Under the pieces are notes generated by a model, which had not been told where the DNA came from, made no database searches, and saw only the letters and a list, made by a program, of their open reading frames with translations. The position numbers were made by a program, and so were the translations under genes. 64,000 nucleotides of DNA from an uncultured Verrucomicrobiae bacterium (GTDB lineage Bacteria > Verrucomicrobiota > Verrucomicrobiia > Chthoniobacterales > UBA10450), in contig CAWFGO010000001.1 of NCBI GenBank assembly GCA_963815455.1, positions 448,001-512,000 of the forward strand. Reading direction: 5' to 3'. Shown one piece after another: positions 59,481 through 64,000 of the stretch. Position 1 is the first letter of the stretch. Every line of letters starts with the position of its first letter.

Positions 59481-60877
59481 TCAAAATTCTGCGCTACCCG
59501 GGGTTCGCGCGAAGGGAATCACGTCGCGAATATTCGACACGCCAGTGACGAACATAAGCATCCGCTCAAAACCCAGGCCGAACCCCGCATGCGGCACCGT
59601 GCCGTAACGGCGAAGATCGAGATACCACTTGTAATCTGCCGGATCCATTTTGTGCCGGCGCATGTTTTCCTCGAGCACATCCAGCCGCTCCTCGCGCTGG
59701 CTGCCACCGACGATTTCGCCGATTCCTGGCACTAACAAATCCATCGCGGTAACCGTTTTGTTGTCGTCGTTCAATCGCATGTAGAACGGCTTGATCTCCT
59801 TGGGATAATTAAAAACCGTGATCGGACACTTGAAATGCTTTTCGGTTAGCCAGCGCTCGTGCTCCGATTGCAAGTTCAGGCCGTATTCAATCGGGAATTC
59901 AAATTTTTCTCCGCTTTTCTTCAAGAAGATCGACAGCGTCGGTGTAAGGGATCCGTTGAAATGGCCGGTCAACGACGAAGTCGAGCCGCGCCATCAAATC
60001 TTTGTCCACGAACTTGGCGAACAACTCCATTTCCTCGCCGCAATTTTCGCGAATATCGCGGATCAGATATTTCACAATCTCTTCCGCCAGATCCATGTCG
60101 CCATTCAAATCGCAAAAAGCCATCTCCGGCTCGATCATCCAGAATTCGCTCGCGTGCCGCGTTGTGTTTGAATTCTCGGCCCGAAAAGTCGGGCCAAACG
60201 TGTAGACCTTCGACAAGCGCGCAGGCGAACGCCTCCGCTTCGAGCTGGCCGCTCACAGTGAGATAAGTCTGACGCGCGAAAAAATCCTTCGCGTAATCGA
60301 TCTCGCCATCCTTTGTCCGGGGCGGATTTTTCGTATCGACTGTCGTCACGCGAAACAATTCACCCGCGCCTTCGCAATCGCTTCCAGTAATGATCGGTGT
60401 GTGGACGTAAACGAATCCACGTTCCTGAAAAAATTTGTGAATAGCGAAGGCGAGCCGGCTCCGGACACGAAAAACGCAGCCGAACAGATTCGAGCGCGGG
60501 CGCAGATGCGCGATTTCGCGCAAAAACTCCGGCGTGTGCCCCTTTTTTTGGAGCGGATAGGAATCATCCGAAGCGCCGACGATGTCGATCCTGTCCGCGA
60601 CCAACTCCCATTTCTGTCCTTTACCCTGCGATGCCACCAGCGCGCCGCCGACCTGAATCGAAGCGCCGGTAATCAGCCGTTGAACATCGGCGTAGTTCGG
60701 TAGCGAGTTTCGGGCGATAATCTGAAGATTCTTCAGCGACGAACCGTCGTTCAGCTCGATGAAGGAAAAATCCTTCGAATCGCGCCGAGTCCGGACCCAG
60801 CCCCGGACCTGGATGGAATCCATCGGCACGGCGCTGTGGAGCGCGTCTCTTACGGAAGTTGAACAAAGTTGCGCCAT
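59481..60877 (-). CDS. asnS: Asparagine--tRNA ligase (frameshifts near 60215 and 59925)
   Basis: [63 protein letters not shown] spread over three frames. Confidence 0.92.
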
Positions 60878-61058
60878 CTTTTCGTGCGACAAGGCTCCAT
60901 GTTCAACGCTCAACGTTCAACGTCGAATTTCAGAGCCACTGTAAACCGTCTCTGTGAGACGGCGACCGAAAATCGATGTTCGCCGCTGAAAACCTGACCA
61001 TGAACACCAAGTCACCATTGTTTCACTTCGCCACTTTGTGGTAATTCTCGGTGCGCGA

Positions 61059-62471
61059 ATGAACTGGCGGCTCTTAACTGCAATCAACGCGGCAATCGCA
61101 TTAGTAACGGTTGGCGCGGTAATTTTTGACCTCACGCGAGCACGAACCGGGCAATCGCGCCGTGAACGTCAGCCAACTACGTTTCAAGCGAATTCCGCAA
61201 GTAATCACCATCAGCCCGAGGAGCGGGCCGATAAGGTTCGCATCGAGTCTGTGGATGATCTCGCCAATGCCCGGGTCGATGATTTGGGCTCAGTGCCTGC
61301 CGCGGAACTCACGGAACTGATGCGCCGCTTGACTCCCGAGCAGCTGGCGGCCATGGCGTTCAGATTCAACGAAGCACCGACCGACGCGCGCACTTTTGGA
61401 GGCATGGGGGTGTTTTTTCAGGCCTGGGCGGAACTCGATCCGCAAGCTGCGGTGGTCGGAGCATTTCGAATCAACGACGTGGCCATGCGAGAAGTGGCGG
61501 CAAGAACTGTCGTGAATTCGGTGTCACCTTACGCCGCACCGGAACTGATTGCTTTTCTCACCGACCACCCGGACAAGGACCTTATTGATACGTGCAAGAG
61601 CGAGTTCTTGGGGGACCTCCTCTCCAGTTGGTCCCACCTCGATCCCGAGGCAGCATCGAGATTCATCGATCAACTGGGCAATCCAAAAAAAGGCCTGGAT
61701 TACAATCTGAGTTACAGAGCAAGAGGAGACATAGCGTACAATTGGGCCACACTCGATCCGTCGGCAGCGCTCCAATGGGCCGCAAAGCAGAAAGAAAAGG
61801 ATTCTGCCTATGCGCCTTCATTGTTCAACAACGTGATCAGGGGGTGGTGCCGCAAGGATATCAACGCCGCATCAGCTTACGTCGCGCAGCACCTCGATGA
61901 TCCAAACGTGGCAGGGACCGCGTCCTCAGTTGTCGCCGCGATGTTCGATCACGATGTGGACGAGGCAACAGGCTGGGTGAATCACATGCCAGCCGGAGAT
62001 CCGCGTAATCAAGCCGAATATACCATCGTTTCCATGTGGTCGGCGAAAGACCCCTCATCCGCAGCGAAATGGGTGGCCACACTTCCTCCAAACGAACAGA
62101 CAGCGACTGCAAGCACCATTGCAAGCAATTGGATGGATACCAATTGGCCGGACGCTTCGCGTTGGATCGCCACGTTAACCGGTGACGTTCGCGATGAAGC
62201 CGTTGCTACCGCCGTGCACCGCGAAGGGGCAACACAGTCCGAATCGCTTGCACTCGCGCTGTCGATCGGAAACGAAGAAATGCGAAACAAAGCAACCGAA
62301 GAGGTCATCCGCAATTGGGCCGCGACCGAGCCAGAAGCAGCTGAAAGGTGGATCAAAGGAAGCCCACTTTCCAGCGAACAACAAGATCAGTTGCGTTCCG
62401 TTATTGCCGAGACGCAACAATCCGCCGAGGTGGAACGGGTGATCGTACCAAGCCGAAATGACAACGAGTAG
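61059..62471 (+). CDS. Membrane-anchored helical repeat protein (WAxxDPxAAxxW repeats)
   Basis: N-terminal TM; repeats WAELDPQAA, WSHLDPEAA, WATLDPSAA, WSAKDPSSA, WAATEPEAA. Confidence 0.75.
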   Translation: MNWRLLTAINAAIALVTVGAVIFDLTRARTGQSRRERQPTTFQANSASNHHQPEERADKVRIESVDDLANARVDDLGSVPAAELTELMRRLTPEQLAAMAFRFNEAPTDARTFGGMGVFFQAWAELDPQAAVVGAFRINDVAMREVAARTVVNSVSPYAAPELIAFLTDHPDKDLIDTCKSEFLGDLLSSWSHLDPEAASRFIDQLGNPKKGLDYNLSYRARGDIAYNWATLDPSAALQWAAKQKEKDSAYAPSLFNNVIRGWCRKDINAASAYVAQHLDDPNVAGTASSVVAAMFDHDVDEATGWVNHMPAGDPRNQAEYTIVSMWSAKDPSSAAKWVATLPPNEQTATASTIASNWMDTNWPDASRWIATLTGDVRDEAVATAVHREGATQSESLALALSIGNEEMRNKATEEVIRNWAATEPEAAERWIKGSPLSSEQQDQLRSVIAETQQSAEVERVIVPSRNDNE

Positions 62472-62484
62472 GCAAGACGAGCCC

Positions 62485-63402
62485 TTATTTCATTGTATCG
62501 GCGACTTGCTTAACGAGTTGATTAATCAGACTCGCGTAACTGTCCGTTCCGGGCATCCCGCCGGGAAATTGGGAGACTTCAACCAACTTCGCCTCGGCCG
62601 AGCGCGCCACTTTTTCGGCGATGCGCCGATCCTGATACGGCTCCACCAGAATCAATTTAACGTGATCCCGTTTCATTTTCAGAATGAAATCGGACAACTG
62701 TGACGCCGTTGGCGGAGTTCCGGGACTTGGTTCCAAAAAGATGTCGATCTTCAAACCGAAACGTCGCGCAAAGTAGGGCCAGGAATCATGGTAAGCCGCC
62801 ACATGCTGATCTTGCAGGTGCTGCAGAGCGCCGCGCCACCATTGTAATTTTCTGTTGATTGAGGTTTCGAATTTTTTGTAGTTCGCGTCGTAGAACGCCG
62901 CGTTCGATGGATCGATCGCCATGAACGATTTGGCGATGCGTTGCGCGATCACTTTGGCGATCACTGGATCGAGGATAAAATGCGGATTGCCGTTCGGATG
63001 CGTGTCGCTAGTGGCAGACGTTACGTTAGTCGGGATATTCATCAGACGAATTCCTTGCGACGCCTGGACGCGTCCCGGTTCGCCGAGGCCAAGCTTCGAA
63101 TTGCGCGCCTTTTTCAAGAGCGGCGGCAACCAGCCCGCCTCAAGGCCCGCGCCGTTGTCAATCAAAACGTCCGCATTGCGCAACGAGGCGACGAAACTCG
63201 GCTGCGGATCGACAAAGTGCGGATCGTCCTTCGGTTTCCCAAGGACCACGATCTCGATCTTGTCTTTGCCAATTTCGCGGGCGAGCGAGCCAAGATCCGG
63301 GAGAGTGGCAACGACGTTTATTTTTGCCTGGCCGACGAGCGGGCAGAGCAGGATTGCTGGAATGACGTACCGGAGCAGGGTTGCTTGGCGGTTCTTGCTC
63401 AT
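62485..63402 (-). CDS. Metal ABC transporter substrate-binding protein (ZnuA/TroA family)
   Basis: DPHFVDP, GAGLEAGW, NPHFILDP, YHDSWPYF. Confidence 0.88.
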   Translation of the reverse strand: MSKNRQATLLRYVIPAILLCPLVGQAKINVVATLPDLGSLAREIGKDKIEIVVLGKPKDDPHFVDPQPSFVASLRNADVLIDNGAGLEAGWLPPLLKKARNSKLGLGEPGRVQASQGIRLMNIPTNVTSATSDTHPNGNPHFILDPVIAKVIAQRIAKSFMAIDPSNAAFYDANYKKFETSINRKLQWWRGALQHLQDQHVAAYHDSWPYFARRFGLKIDIFLEPSPGTPPTASQLSDFILKMKRDHVKLILVEPYQDRRIAEKVARSAEAKLVEVSQFPGGMPGTDSYASLINQLVKQVADTMK

Positions 63403-63469
63403 TCGTGTGATTGACTAATTCGCGCGCGATTTGGCTCAGAATGACACGCGACCGCGGACATGAAAGAAA

Positions 63470-64000
63470 TCAACTCAACGGCAGCCAATTGCCAGGTTGC
63501 TGAGACGGCTTGGTTCCGTTTAGGGAAAGATAGGTGTATTCCTGGAGGAGACGCTCGTAATCGGCAAGAAGTCGCATGGCGTCGTTCGGTTTGAGGAAAT
63601 CGGTTTTGATGGCGGCGTCGACCTGGGTCTTTAACAAGCGCATCAATTCGACCTTGTCCCATTGAGTCATGGCCAGGACTTCGCCAATGGTGCTGCCTTC
63701 AATTACTTCCTCGATGTACCAACCCGATTCTTCGTCGGGATCGAGGAAGACGTGCACTTCGGTCACCCGACCGAAAAGATTGTGCAGATCGCCCATGATG
63801 TCCTGGTAAGCGCCGACCATGAATACGCCGAGATAGTACATTTCCCCCGGCGTAATTCGGTGGAGCGGCAATGTTTCCCGGACGTCTTGAAGATCGGTAA
63901 ACTTCGAGACTTTGCCGTCGGAATCGCAGGTGATATCCACGATGGTGCCGTGGCGATCGGGCGCGGTGGTGAGCCGATGGATCGGCATGATCGGGAACAA
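63470..64000 (-). CDS. speA: Biosynthetic arginine decarboxylase, C-terminal part (5' end beyond the window)
   Basis: FPIMPIHRL, DITCDSDG, VGAYQDIMGDLHNLFG, YTYL. Confidence 0.92.
   Translation of the reverse strand: MFPIMPIHRLTTAPDRHGTIVDITCDSDGKVSKFTDLQDVRETLPLHRITPGEMYYLGVFMVGAYQDIMGDLHNLFGRVTEVHVFLDPDEESGWYIEEVIEGSTIGEVLAMTQWDKVELMRLLKTQVDAAIKTDFLKPNDAMRLLADYERLLQEYTYLSLNGTKPSQQPGNWLPLS

Noticed and set aside
59481..60877. asnS as a pseudogene or programmed frameshift
   Set aside because: All motifs are intact and it shows the same single-insertion pattern as many unrelated genes; likely sequencing error.

Overview
GC-rich bacterial chromosome window. Gene content and repeat style suggest Verrucomicrobiota (Chthoniobacterales-like); this is an inference. 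From left to right it holds: (1) 1-9.6 kb, a divergent redox cluster with a predicted outer-membrane beta-barrel (open at the window edge and absent from the ORF track), 5-, 4- and 10-heme c-type cytochromes, a His-containing cytochrome b-like membrane protein, and a cytoplasmic tandem cNMP-binding + 4x[4Fe-4S] protein; (2) comM and a sigma-70 factor; (3) an integrase-less ~8.5 kb RHS polymorphic-toxin island bounded by a duplicated sigma-3'/pyk-3' junction, with an 8-bp tandem repeat upstream, a signal-peptide RHS carrying a circularly permuted beta-sandwich insert, orphan toxin modules and exported/membrane immunity candidates; (4) housekeeping genes (pyk, mutS, pepF, cbpA/dnaJ, rpiB, ubiA-like, pilC/gspF, rarA, asnS, speA); (5) a 13 kb K+ locus with kup, two KdpD/KdpE pairs, a kdpF-B-A-C operon in unusual order, an outer-membrane barrel, a pair of related unannotated micro-proteins and three KdpE-box-like sites. 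REP/REPIN-like palindromes are abundant, and some sit in-frame inside mutS and rarA. About 15 single-base frameshifts, mostly insertions and including asnS, most likely reflect sequencing or assembly error.
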